The notes under the pieces are model-generated. The model did not search any database and was not told the origin of the DNA. It saw only the letters and a list, made by a program, of their open reading frames with translations. From an uncultured Verrucomicrobiae bacterium (lineage in GTDB: Bacteria; Verrucomicrobiota; Verrucomicrobiia; Chthoniobacterales; Xiphinematobacteraceae), in assembly GCA_963706715.1 (NCBI GenBank), contig CAVPNI010000004.1, positions 256,001 to 320,000 on the forward strand: a DNA stretch of 64,000 bases, in the 5' to 3' direction. Positions 18,606 through 27,206 of this stretch are shown here, piece after piece; the first letter of the stretch is position 1; the number at the start of each line of letters is the position of its first letter. The translations under genes were made by a program, and so were the position numbers.

Positions 18606-19910
18606 ATGAATGATCGTAGAGTCGTCGTAACCGGTTTGGGGGTTATAACCCCCATTGGGAATGACGTAAAAACATTCTGGGAAAACATTACCGAAGGCCG
18701 TAGTGGCATTCGCCGCTATCAAGCATTCGATTCGGAAATCTATCCCTGCAAAATCGCCGGAGAGGTCAAAGATTTTGATCCGGTTGATGTCTTCAAGAAA
18801 ACCAGCAAGATCAAATATCCTTCCCTTGGCAAAGATTTTTATAACTCCAGGGCTATCAAAGAAATCCGGCGTACTGACCGCTTCACCCAACTTGCAGTAG
18901 CCGCATCCTACAAGGCTCTGGAGGATTCCGGTTTGGATTTAAACACCGTCGATCGAGATCGTTTCGGAGTCATCATCGGCAGCGGCATTGGTGGTTTACA
19001 GAGTATGGAAAATGAGACCAAACGCCTTTATGAGCGAGGTCCGTCTCGTGTCTCCCCGTTTACCATCGCCACAATGATTAGCAATATAGCAAGTGGCATT
19101 GTCTCCATGGAGTTTTCGCTTTACGGTCCGAATATTTCCATTGTAACGGCCTGCGCGACGGCTAACCACTCGATTGGAGAGGCCTGGCGCATTATCAAGT
19201 TCGGCGATGCGGATATGTTCCTAGCCGGTGGCTCGGAGGCAACAATTACTCCTCTGGGAATATCGGGATTTTCAGCAATGAAGGCATTGAGTCTTCGTAA
19301 TGATGAGCCGGAACGTGCATCACGTCCTTTTGACCGTGATCGCAATGGGTTTGTCATGGGCGAAGGCGCGGGTGTTCTTTTAATAGAAGAATTGGAACAC
19401 GCAAAACGCCGGGGCGCCCATATCTACTGCGAGCTCTCGGGATATGGTTTGACCAGCGACGCTTACCACATGACACAGCCTTTGCCAGAAGGCCAGGGAG
19501 CAGCACGGTGCATGCAAATGGCCATGAAACATGCAAAAATTAATCCCGCCGACATTGATTATATCAATGCTCACGGGACTTCAACACCGCTAGGCGATAT
19601 CTGTGAAACTAAAGCGATTAAGCGCGCTTTGGGTGAGAGTGCAGCCAAAAAGACTTTGGTAAGCTCCACCAAATCCATGACCGGCCACCTCTTAGGAGCA
19701 GCCGGCGGAGTCGAAATGGCCGTCTGCGTATTGGCTATTAGAGACGGCATTGTTCCTCCGACCATTAACTTGGAAAACCAAGATCCCGAATGCGATTTGG
19801 ATTACGTAGCTAATGTAAGCCGCAAACACAAGGTGCGGGTCGCCCTCAATAACTCCTTCGGGTTTGGAGGCCATAACGCAACGCTGCTGGTAAGCGAATT
19901 CACGGGTTAA
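18606..19910 (+). CDS. fabF: 3-oxoacyl-ACP synthase II
   Basis: RRVVVTGLG, TACATANH, YINAHGTST, KSMTGHLLGAAG, NSFGFGGHN. Confidence 0.97.
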   Translation: MNDRRVVVTGLGVITPIGNDVKTFWENITEGRSGIRRYQAFDSEIYPCKIAGEVKDFDPVDVFKKTSKIKYPSLGKDFYNSRAIKEIRRTDRFTQLAVAASYKALEDSGLDLNTVDRDRFGVIIGSGIGGLQSMENETKRLYERGPSRVSPFTIATMISNIASGIVSMEFSLYGPNISIVTACATANHSIGEAWRIIKFGDADMFLAGGSEATITPLGISGFSAMKALSLRNDEPERASRPFDRDRNGFVMGEGAGVLLIEELEHAKRRGAHIYCELSGYGLTSDAYHMTQPLPEGQGAARCMQMAMKHAKINPADIDYINAHGTSTPLGDICETKAIKRALGESAAKKTLVSSTKSMTGHLLGAAGGVEMAVCVLAIRDGIVPPTINLENQDPECDLDYVANVSRKHKVRVALNNSFGFGGHNATLLVSEFTG

Positions 19911-19913
19911 AAA

Positions 19914-20000
19914 GTGATGTTACGCAAAAAAGGAAAACTTGTTGGTTAAAATGATCTTTTTTTGCCTCCGGAGCTTCTAAAAGTGCGTAACGTCAGTTAC
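19914..20000 (-). repeat. Family-A element between convergent fabF and DUF2087-like gene
   Basis: GTGATGTTACGCAAAA...GTGCGTAACGTCAGTTAC. Confidence 0.88.
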
Positions 20001-20314
20001 AAGCATCCGCAATCGCGGCGGATTAGCTGATTGGACTTCCTGCTGATCACTACAGAATTTAATTTATTTGGCTTCCTCCAATAAATTCCTTTTTCCGGAT
20101 TACGTTCCAAAAAGCCACGTTCAAACAATTCACGCCGTAGAAGAGCCCAATCACCAAAGGAATGATGCGCTTGTAGTATTTTGTTCACTTCCTTTTCAGT
20201 GAAATGAATGTTCGGGGCGAAAAAACTCACCAGATGTGCCATCACAGCTTGACGATCCTTTTCCTTACGCGGCCAGCGTAGGACAGTTCCGTTTGCATCG
20301 ATACAACGTATCAT
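19997..20314 (-). CDS. DUF2087-like small protein
   Basis: RWPRKEKDR, FTEKEVNKIL, DWALLRRELFERGFLER, YWR; start uncertain. Confidence 0.7.
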   Translation of the reverse strand: MIRCIDANGTVLRWPRKEKDRQAVMAHLVSFFAPNIHFTEKEVNKILQAHHSFGDWALLRRELFERGFLERNPEKGIYWRKPNKLNSVVISRKSNQLIRRDCGCL

Positions 20315-20321
20315 CTGTTCG

Positions 20322-21500
20322 TTAGGTATACATTTTTTCCGATGGCGTTGAAGCCTCAATTTGATCGGTAGTCCCAGATATCTTGTGAAATTTATTAATA
20401 AAGGCAACTAGCGCTACGATGGCATACAATCCGACTGAAATAAGTATGGCTAAACTGACACCAAAATGCTGTCCAATCCATCCAACAAAGGGCGCCAGTC
20501 CCATAACCAACAAAGAATCCATCAGCGATATGATGGAACTAGCTGTTGCCCGTATAGTATTTTCAATACTGGAGTGAAAAAGCCCTGTGATCAGGATTGT
20601 TTGCACAGTCTGTAGTGTAACATGCATAAAGAAACTCAGCTCCATCAGCCAACGTTCTTGCAAATAGGCAAACAAGGTAGTTGCCACAATGTTAGCCAGG
20701 GCTACCCATCCAACATGATGGACCTTTAATTGAAGCCGTGTTAACAGAAAGGGCGCTAGAATGCCTGAAAAATTTATCAGACAAAACCCAATTAATAAGA
20801 AAATCAGTGAAACGGAGTTAAATTTAACCTGCCAAAACATAAAGGGAGCGATTGCTGTGGCATGGGTTAAAATCAAAAGCCCAGCACTTGGGATATATAT
20901 GATCTTAGAGCACTGCTGAAAAAAATCCTTCCAGGTGAAATCGGGTTTGCTCCTGGATTTGTCTTTAATGAGAGCCAGAGCTACCGCTGCCATTACAAAG
21001 CATACCAGAGCGATTAACCAGATGGCTTCAGGAAAGGAGCGAAATGCCATTACCCCAGCAACCCCGCCTACGAGGGATGCTCCTGCAACCAGATAGCATA
21101 TTCGCCCGAGTGCGGCCGACATGCCATCTGGAGTACGATTTCTGATTCCGTTGATAATCAGTGCCTGCGATGTCCCACTTGCCGCGGCAACTCCAATACC
21201 GGCTAAAACTGACGCGATAAAGAGGCTCGTCGTATTCAGATGAAAAAAGAAGAGGACAAAGGCGCTCATACGGATCAGGTTGCCTATCTGAAGCGCGATT
21301 TTGTTTGAATATCGATCAAAAAGAATTGCAAATGGAAGCTCCGCGACGCTCACTGACAGATTGAATGCTGCTGCCATAACACCAACAAAGGTCAATGAAT
21401 AACCGATTGCTTGAAAATAGAGGACATCAACCACCATAAAGCTGGCTACGCCCGCTGCGGAGAATGCGATAAAGAGATAGACCAGATACGTTGTTCTCAC
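20322..21500 (-). CDS. MFS transporter
   Basis: Many hydrophobic segments; ELPFAILFDRYSNK, SGTSQALI, RATASS. Confidence 0.85.
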   Translation of the reverse strand: MRTTYLVYLFIAFSAAGVASFMVVDVLYFQAIGYSLTFVGVMAAAFNLSVSVAELPFAILFDRYSNKIALQIGNLIRMSAFVLFFFHLNTTSLFIASVLAGIGVAAASGTSQALIINGIRNRTPDGMSAALGRICYLVAGASLVGGVAGVMAFRSFPEAIWLIALVCFVMAAVALALIKDKSRSKPDFTWKDFFQQCSKIIYIPSAGLLILTHATAIAPFMFWQVKFNSVSLIFLLIGFCLINFSGILAPFLLTRLQLKVHHVGWVALANIVATTLFAYLQERWLMELSFFMHVTLQTVQTILITGLFHSSIENTIRATASSIISLMDSLLVMGLAPFVGWIGQHFGVSLAILISVGLYAIVALVAFINKFHKISGTTDQIEASTPSEKMYT

Positions 21501-22120
21501 ATAAATAATGAGCCGTTATACATGATCGTAGGCTCCGGATGATGTCCCATCAGTTTTGCAAATTGAAAGAAGCGGTCGTTTCCAGTGAAACCGTGGGCAT
21601 CCGTGACAGAAATTTTGGTCATGAAAGCCTTCACAACAGCAAAGTCAGAAGCCTCCACTAGAACATGTCGATAGACACGTAATCCTTGCTCGGCTGCAGA
21701 TTTCAAGATATTCGTGGTTAAGGTAGTTCCGTCTGATGCAAATTTAGTAAGCGATATCAAATCGATATAGCATGACCCCTATAAAATGACACATGAGTTG
21801 TCCGGGATTTTTTCTTCAGAGTTTGTTTTAACAAGCTGGCCATATCTGTAGATACGGACGGATTGTTGAAACAAAGTCTGGGGGAACACCGAGCCGTGGG
21901 AACGGCTGGGGTAGCCTGTCCGGCTTTGCCGGACAGCCCCCCCTCACAGGGGCGAGACTTGGCGGGAGCCAAGCGAGGCAAAAAGAACGACAAGGCATGG
22001 TCATTTTATAGGGGTCATGCTATAGATGGAAAACAAAAAATTGTGGGAAAATCGCCTTTGCTTCGCCTAGATACCAAAGACTCCGCATATCGTTTGTATT
22101 TGGCTCCACAGCCTGGCCGC
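21497..22120 (-). pseudogene. Gene remnant upstream of the MFS gene, split by a family-C MITE
   Basis: Removing the MITE and one TA joins ...GDFPTIFCFPS-IDLISLTKF... in frame; its TGA overlaps the MFS GTG start. Confidence 0.55.
21766..22024 (+). mobile_element. Family-C MITE (259 bp including TA flanks)
   Basis: Ends TATAGCATGACCCCTATAAAATGAC / GTCATTTTATAGGGGTCATGCTATA; inverted copy at 48555-48811. Confidence 0.92.
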
Positions 22121-22141
22121 TAGAGAGAGAATAATACATTT

Positions 22142-23410
22142 GGGTTCATCCGCAAAAAGTGTGTTTACAAGTATTTTTCAGAGAATAAAGGAAAGAAATG
22201 GAAGCGACATTTTTAAAACGTGCATTTGGAATTGGAAAAGGGTGGGAATACGAAAGCACGAAATATGTGGGAAGAGAGATAGAATTGCATATAAGCGCCA
22301 AGCGAGAAGAAATTCGATGCCCGAAATGCCAAGGGGGACATATAGCATTGCGAGGGACACGAGAGCGGCGTATTCGCAGTGTACCCATTGGATTGAAACC
22401 AGTGCAAATTGTAGTCCAGGTGCCACGATGCCAATGTCGAAAATGTGGGGAGTTCTTCGACTCCTCCGCCCTTTTGCACCCCAAGGAAGATCCTACACCC
22501 TTGGGCTTGCTCGCCTTGTAGTCGAACTCTCCAGGGCCATGAGTTTAAAAGACGTATGTGCCTATAGCGGATTAGGATGGGACAGCGTTAAGCGCATTGT
22601 GAAAACTGATATGGCCAAGGAGGCGGCAAATGTAAACCTCCAAGAAGTAAAGTGTCTGGCTATTGATGAAGTCTACCTGGGGCGCTTGCATAAATTCATA
22701 ACCCTGGTTATCGATTGGCAGAGTGGAAGAGTGCTTTGTATTGCCAAGGGACGGGGAGAAAATGCCTTGCGGCCTTTTTTCCGCCAACTGCGAAGAGCCA
22801 AAGCTGATATCCAAGCCGTAGCCACCGATTTGGGTGCCGCCTATGCGGCCGCTGTCGTTAAAAACCTGCCTGGAGCGGTGCACATTGCCGATCGCTTTCA
22901 TATCATCAAACTGATGAACGAAAAAATCGATGAACTCCGGCGCGCCCTTCAACGCGAGGCAGACATTATGGGACGCAAAGCCATCAAAGGAACTCGTTAT
23001 CTTTTACTTCGGGGACGTGAAAACCTTCATCCCAATCAACTCCCAAAGCTTGAAGAAGCCCTTAAACTCAATGAACCACTTTCTCTAGCCTATTACCTCA
23101 AAGAGGCGCTGCGCCAACTCTGGTGTTTTAATGATATCAGAAAAATGACGGCTTTTTTTGATGACTGGTGTTGCCGTGTTGCTGAAATTGGTATCCCCTT
23201 ACTCGTCTCCCTTGCCAAAACCTTTCGTCGTTTTCGTTCCTCCATTATTAATGCTTGGACTTACCCTATTTCCAATGGAAAAATCGAAGGTATTAATAAT
23301 AAAATTGGTGCCATGCAACGCTTGCACTATGGCCTTCGTGACTTTAATTTCTTATCCCTTCGTATTCTAACTCTTCACCGCGCTAAACACACTTTTTTGC
23401 GGATGAACCC
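22142..23410 (+). mobile_element. ISL3-family insertion sequence
   Basis: IRs GGGTTCATCCGCAAAAAGTGTGTTTA / TAAACACACTTTTTTGCGGATGAACCC; ISL3 transposase inside; no target duplication visible. Confidence 0.9.
22198..23406 (+). pseudogene. ISL3 transposase, frameshifted
   Basis: Zn ribbon (CPKC...CRKC) in frame 22198; DDE core (LAIDE, ATDL, DRFHIIK, SNGKIEGINNKI) in frame 22140; natural stop lost. Confidence 0.85.
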
Positions 23411-23502
23411 CTTTTTCTCTTTAGGTTCCAACCCAAACACAACCTTTCGGACAGGCTCCTTGTCTCCTGCCCACTCTACTTATCAACAGTTGCAAATAAG
23501 GT

Positions 23503-23718
23503 TCACAATTTCTCGGAAGTCCTCATCACCGAGCTCTCAACAGCTTGCTTCGCTTGATTTCTCCGCCAATGCAGAACCAACACAAAGACTAATGCAAACA
23601 AAAACAAACATTGAAAACTTTGTGATATGAGACTCATTGGCATTTGACTAAAGCGATACCGATTCACATCCATCATGTGAACGGTCGAAATCGTCAAACA
23701 GTTGAAAAAGTTAAAACT
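23503..23718 (-). CDS. 3' exon of intron-split membrane protein
   Basis: Reads SFNFFNCLTISTVHMMDVNRY...SEKL*, aligning with SFNFFTSLTISLVHMMDVARY of the paralogue at 27207-28892. Confidence 0.9.
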   Translation of the reverse strand, partial: SFNFFNCLTISTVHMMDVNRYRFSQMPMSLISQSFQCLFLFALVFVLVLHWRRNQAKQAVESSVMRTSEKL

Positions 23719-25738
23719 GTAGAGTCGAGGACAGGCGCGGTAACTGGTAGGGTTGAGGGAGTAGCTGTTTCCGGCGGCTTTCGCAGATGCCGGTGCCTCA
23801 GGCTCATCCATGGTTTCGTTTCCTGTCCCCGCTCATCAAACCGGACGTGCTGATTTCCAGCATCCGGCTTTCGGACCAAGGTATGTTCATGCTTTCGCCC
23901 ATGGAAAGTTGCGGGTTGTCCGGGTTAGTCGGATCAGTCCGAGTTTCTCATAAAGATACTTGTCGGGGTAGGTTCTGGTTCCGACTCCCCTGATTTTGTG
24001 TTTGTTTCGCAACCACTGGCGCAGCCGATAGGAGGTGTGGGCGTCCACCGCACGATAGGCTTTCGAAACGGGTCCGAGGCTAAAATAATTGCCCCATCCC
24101 CGCAGCAGTGCATTGAGCTCGCTGACCTTCCTGGCAGTTTCTTCTTTGAGTGTAAAACGGGCTGTTTTCTGACTAATACGTTCTATGATCCCTGCGATTT
24201 TCTTCTTGCTGGGCCACGTTGCTATGTAGGCTTTTCCAGTCTTGGTTGAATGGAATCGTCCAAGTGTGTATCCCAAGAAATCAAATGTTTCTTCGGGCAC
24301 CCGACATACTCGTGTCTTTTCGCGGTTAATTTCCAGCTTTAGTTTGCTCATCAGTCTCTGCATTGCTTGGCAGGCTTCCTGTCCCGCTTTTGCGCTCAGG
24401 ATCACGAAATCATCAGCAAAGTTGACGATTTGTGCTTTCAGCCCTTTCTCATATCCGAGTTGTTTCCAGCCCAGGATGAAGCGTCGCATGTAAAGGTTTG
24501 AGAGTAAGGGCGAGATCGGAGCTCCTTGTGGAGTTCCTTTCTTGTGGCGTCGCGCCGGATTGCTCCGCCGCTTGCCTCCTCGCCCATCGCTTTCTTCTAT
24601 CGGCATTTGCAGCCATTGTTTGAGCAGGGCCAGCATCGCTCCGTCGCTGATGCGTCGCGCTAGGCTTTTCATCAGTTCTGGGTGTGGGATGGTATCGAAG
24701 TAGCCGCTTAGATCGGCGTCTACTACTTCGCGTAGTCCTTTATTAAGCCATCCGTGGATTTCCAGAATTGCATCGTGTGCGTTCCGGTTTGCTCGGTAGG
24801 CATATTGCTCGGGCTGTAGGTCGGCTTCGAAGATTGGTTCTATTATTAGTACCACCGCCATTTGTACTACTCGGTCTTTAATGGTCGGTATTCCCAACGG
24901 TCTTTGTTTGCCGTTGGGTTTTGGGATCATTACCCGCTTTACTGCTCCAGGTTTGTAGCTCTTTTCTTTCAGTTCTTGCGCCAGTCGCCCGATCCATTGG
25001 CTCACTCCCTTGGCTTCGATATCCTCGAAGCGGACTCCATCCACTCCTGGTGCACCTGCATTGGCACGGCATTTACGCCATGCTTCTGCTAATATGTCCA
25101 GTCGGTAGATTTTGTCGTATAGGGCATAGAACCGATATTTCGGGTTTCTCTTCGCTTTGGCATGCAACGTTTCTTGCAGTTCCCAGAGTTTTGTTGGAGG
25201 TGGTAGGTTTTCGCCAATCTCCGCTCTGTCTTTACTTGTCACGTTGCCTTGGAACCAAGGCCCCTTCGCTCCGCGGTCATTACTCGCTTCTTTGCTCGTA
25301 TGGGCCTCTCCGACTTCCGCCACCACCGGTTCTCTCTCTCGCGAGATTCCCGTTGGAGTATTTCTATCCCATGGTTGCGGATCTCCCGTGTTCCTACGGT
25401 TATCCTTTGCACACATGCCTTCATCAATACTCCGGCGGACTCCCTGTAGGCTTCTATTGCTCTGTTTGTCCTCGGGGATTTGCCTCAGTGATGCCAGCCT
25501 TCGCCCTTCTGCGACGGGCTCGGCGTCCGCATTGCGTTTTTCGAAGCTTGCTCGATGTTCACTCATTTGAATTAAGGCCTATGTGCTCCCTGGACTACCT
25601 TATGCAGCCCTTTTTCCCTGGTGTGCTTGAACGGTTTCGTTACCTCTGCCGCCCCTCCAGGTGGTTCCGGGCGGAGCAATTAGTTCCCGGACGGGATATC
25701 TTCCTCCCGCTGGATCACCGCGGCTTTTCACGGCGCAC
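23719..25738 (-). mobile_element. Group II intron (2020 nt; probably bacterial class E-like)
   Basis: 5' end GTGCGCCG at 25738; domain V AAGCCGGATGCTGGAAATCAGCACGTCCGGTT (~23838-23870); long domain VI; 3' end CGACTCTAC at 23719; RT ORF inside. Confidence 0.95.
23887..25566 (-). CDS. ltrA: Group II intron reverse transcriptase/maturase without endonuclease domain
   Basis: RPLGIPTIKDRVVQ, DADLSGYFDTIPH, GTPQGAPISPLLSN, NFADD, FDFLGY, LRGWGNYF; the real start is probably near 25220. Confidence 0.95.
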   Translation of the reverse strand: MSEHRASFEKRNADAEPVAEGRRLASLRQIPEDKQSNRSLQGVRRSIDEGMCAKDNRRNTGDPQPWDRNTPTGISREREPVVAEVGEAHTSKEASNDRGAKGPWFQGNVTSKDRAEIGENLPPPTKLWELQETLHAKAKRNPKYRFYALYDKIYRLDILAEAWRKCRANAGAPGVDGVRFEDIEAKGVSQWIGRLAQELKEKSYKPGAVKRVMIPKPNGKQRPLGIPTIKDRVVQMAVVLIIEPIFEADLQPEQYAYRANRNAHDAILEIHGWLNKGLREVVDADLSGYFDTIPHPELMKSLARRISDGAMLALLKQWLQMPIEESDGRGGKRRSNPARRHKKGTPQGAPISPLLSNLYMRRFILGWKQLGYEKGLKAQIVNFADDFVILSAKAGQEACQAMQRLMSKLKLEINREKTRVCRVPEETFDFLGYTLGRFHSTKTGKAYIATWPSKKKIAGIIERISQKTARFTLKEETARKVSELNALLRGWGNYFSLGPVSKAYRAVDAHTSYRLRQWLRNKHKIRGVGTRTYPDKYLYEKLGLIRLTRTTRNFPWAKA

Positions 25739-27169
25739 CGCAAAATAAATCACTAAAGCAGTTGCTGATTGCAGTCCTTGCAAAGAAAAATACCACGTTG
25801 CAATCGCTCCAGCAATGGAAAGCATTAATAGTGGAAAAAACGTGTAGTTCAGGTATCTTGACACGTATTTTATAGCCCTTGGCAACAAAAACATTTCCTC
25901 GGGAACGTCAATTTCTTTCAATATCTTATAATAACGATCTGTTAAGAGAGGACATGAAGGATACTGGAAATCGAGCAAACTTTCCAACGATTCTTGATAG
26001 TACCGCTTCAAATAGAATACATATCCTTCGTCATAGATACTTTTTATCCGCGGCAAATAAAAAAATCCCATTTGTCCACATACTTTAGTCGCCATTGCAA
26101 CCGGACGCTCTAGCCAAGCACGAATATAATAATTAAAACAAAAATTGGAGAAATCCTTCAAGCTGGGAAATTGCGTTCTCAGCTTTCTGAGGGGACCACC
26201 ATAAAAAATGTCGTCGGGGTTAATCTGAAAACCGTGACGATGCACAGTAGGGTTTTGCTTTGCGAATTGGATATCCCTTGTAAATTCCAAAAGATAGTTC
26301 CGTTCTTTCGAATGAAAAGGCAGATGCAGAGCATCCTTTTCAAAAATATCATGCAGAATTTCCGCGTGTGCGGAGAGCAATGTACCTGATAAAAAGAAAT
26401 TGGGACCGTATTGCTTTTTCCAGAGTTGGCCCGGAAAAATTATCATACCAAATGTGAACAAAATGGCGATTAATGAAGTTCCGAATTTCCACAACCATCT
26501 GTCAGGAATCAGTAGGCAGGTAAGAATCAACGGAAGCAAAGCAGCCCCAGCAGCAAATCCCCAAGCGGGTTTCAAATACAAATTCCCAACAGAGAAAACC
26601 ATCAGGATCACTGCCCATATTGTGCTCCACCAGCCGGTACATTTTTCCAAGTATACCAGACGAATAAACTCCACACCTGACAGGATCGTGATAGCGCAGA
26701 ATAGAGGAAACACCCCTTCAGGCCGAATGCTATGTTCTAAGACAATTGTGTTGCGCGAAAATAAAAAGACACTCGCCGCCAACATCGCAACTAATCGCGT
26801 TCCCCAATCCAGAACTCGTCCCTGAGGTAGAAAATTTCTGGAACGAAGAATGACCGCCACTATCAAGGCGGCTGTAGCCAACCCCAGAACGTGTTGAATA
26901 ATTGTAATGGCATGGAGGTGCGGAACTAATTTCAGAACGGCTATCAGAAAAAATGGATAAAGAAAGCTTCTGAACGTAGGTGTATAACTACCCGTCACTG
27001 TCACTTCTATAGCTGGCTTCAGATAACTTCCAGTATCCGGATCCATCATGGGTGCTAGCGGCAAAACAAATCTCACCACCCCACCTAATACAAATATGGC
27101 GACCAGTCCCGCCCAGTAACTCCAATGCCAATTATTCCGAAGCCATATCAATTTCAAATATCTCATCAC
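25739..27169 (-). CDS. 5' exon of intron-split multi-pass membrane protein (GT-C glycosyltransferase-like)
   Basis: 477 codons ending ALVIYFA at the intron boundary; DPDTGSYL, EHSIRPEG, LYLKPAWG and GTLLSAHA are shared with the paralogue. Confidence 0.88.
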
Positions 27170-27206
27170 TCACTTGCATATCGATTGCATATCGACTGCC
27201 CTAAAA

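Noticed and set aside
22455..22480. Programmed -1 frameshift in ISL3
   Set aside because: The CCCTTTT run is not in the right phase for a slippery heptamer, and ISL3 transposases are normally a single ORF.
22140..23630. Single intact 496-aa transposase
   Set aside because: The N-terminal ~110 aa are the wrong frame and the C-terminal ~75 aa are read-through beyond the IR.
23887..25566. Retron, DGR or defence-associated RT
   Set aside because: Group II boundaries, domains V and VI and a maturase domain are present; no template/variable repeat pair or msr-msd was seen.
24921..25748. 275-aa antisense ORF
   Set aside because: Shadow of the intron RNA and RT gene with no motifs.
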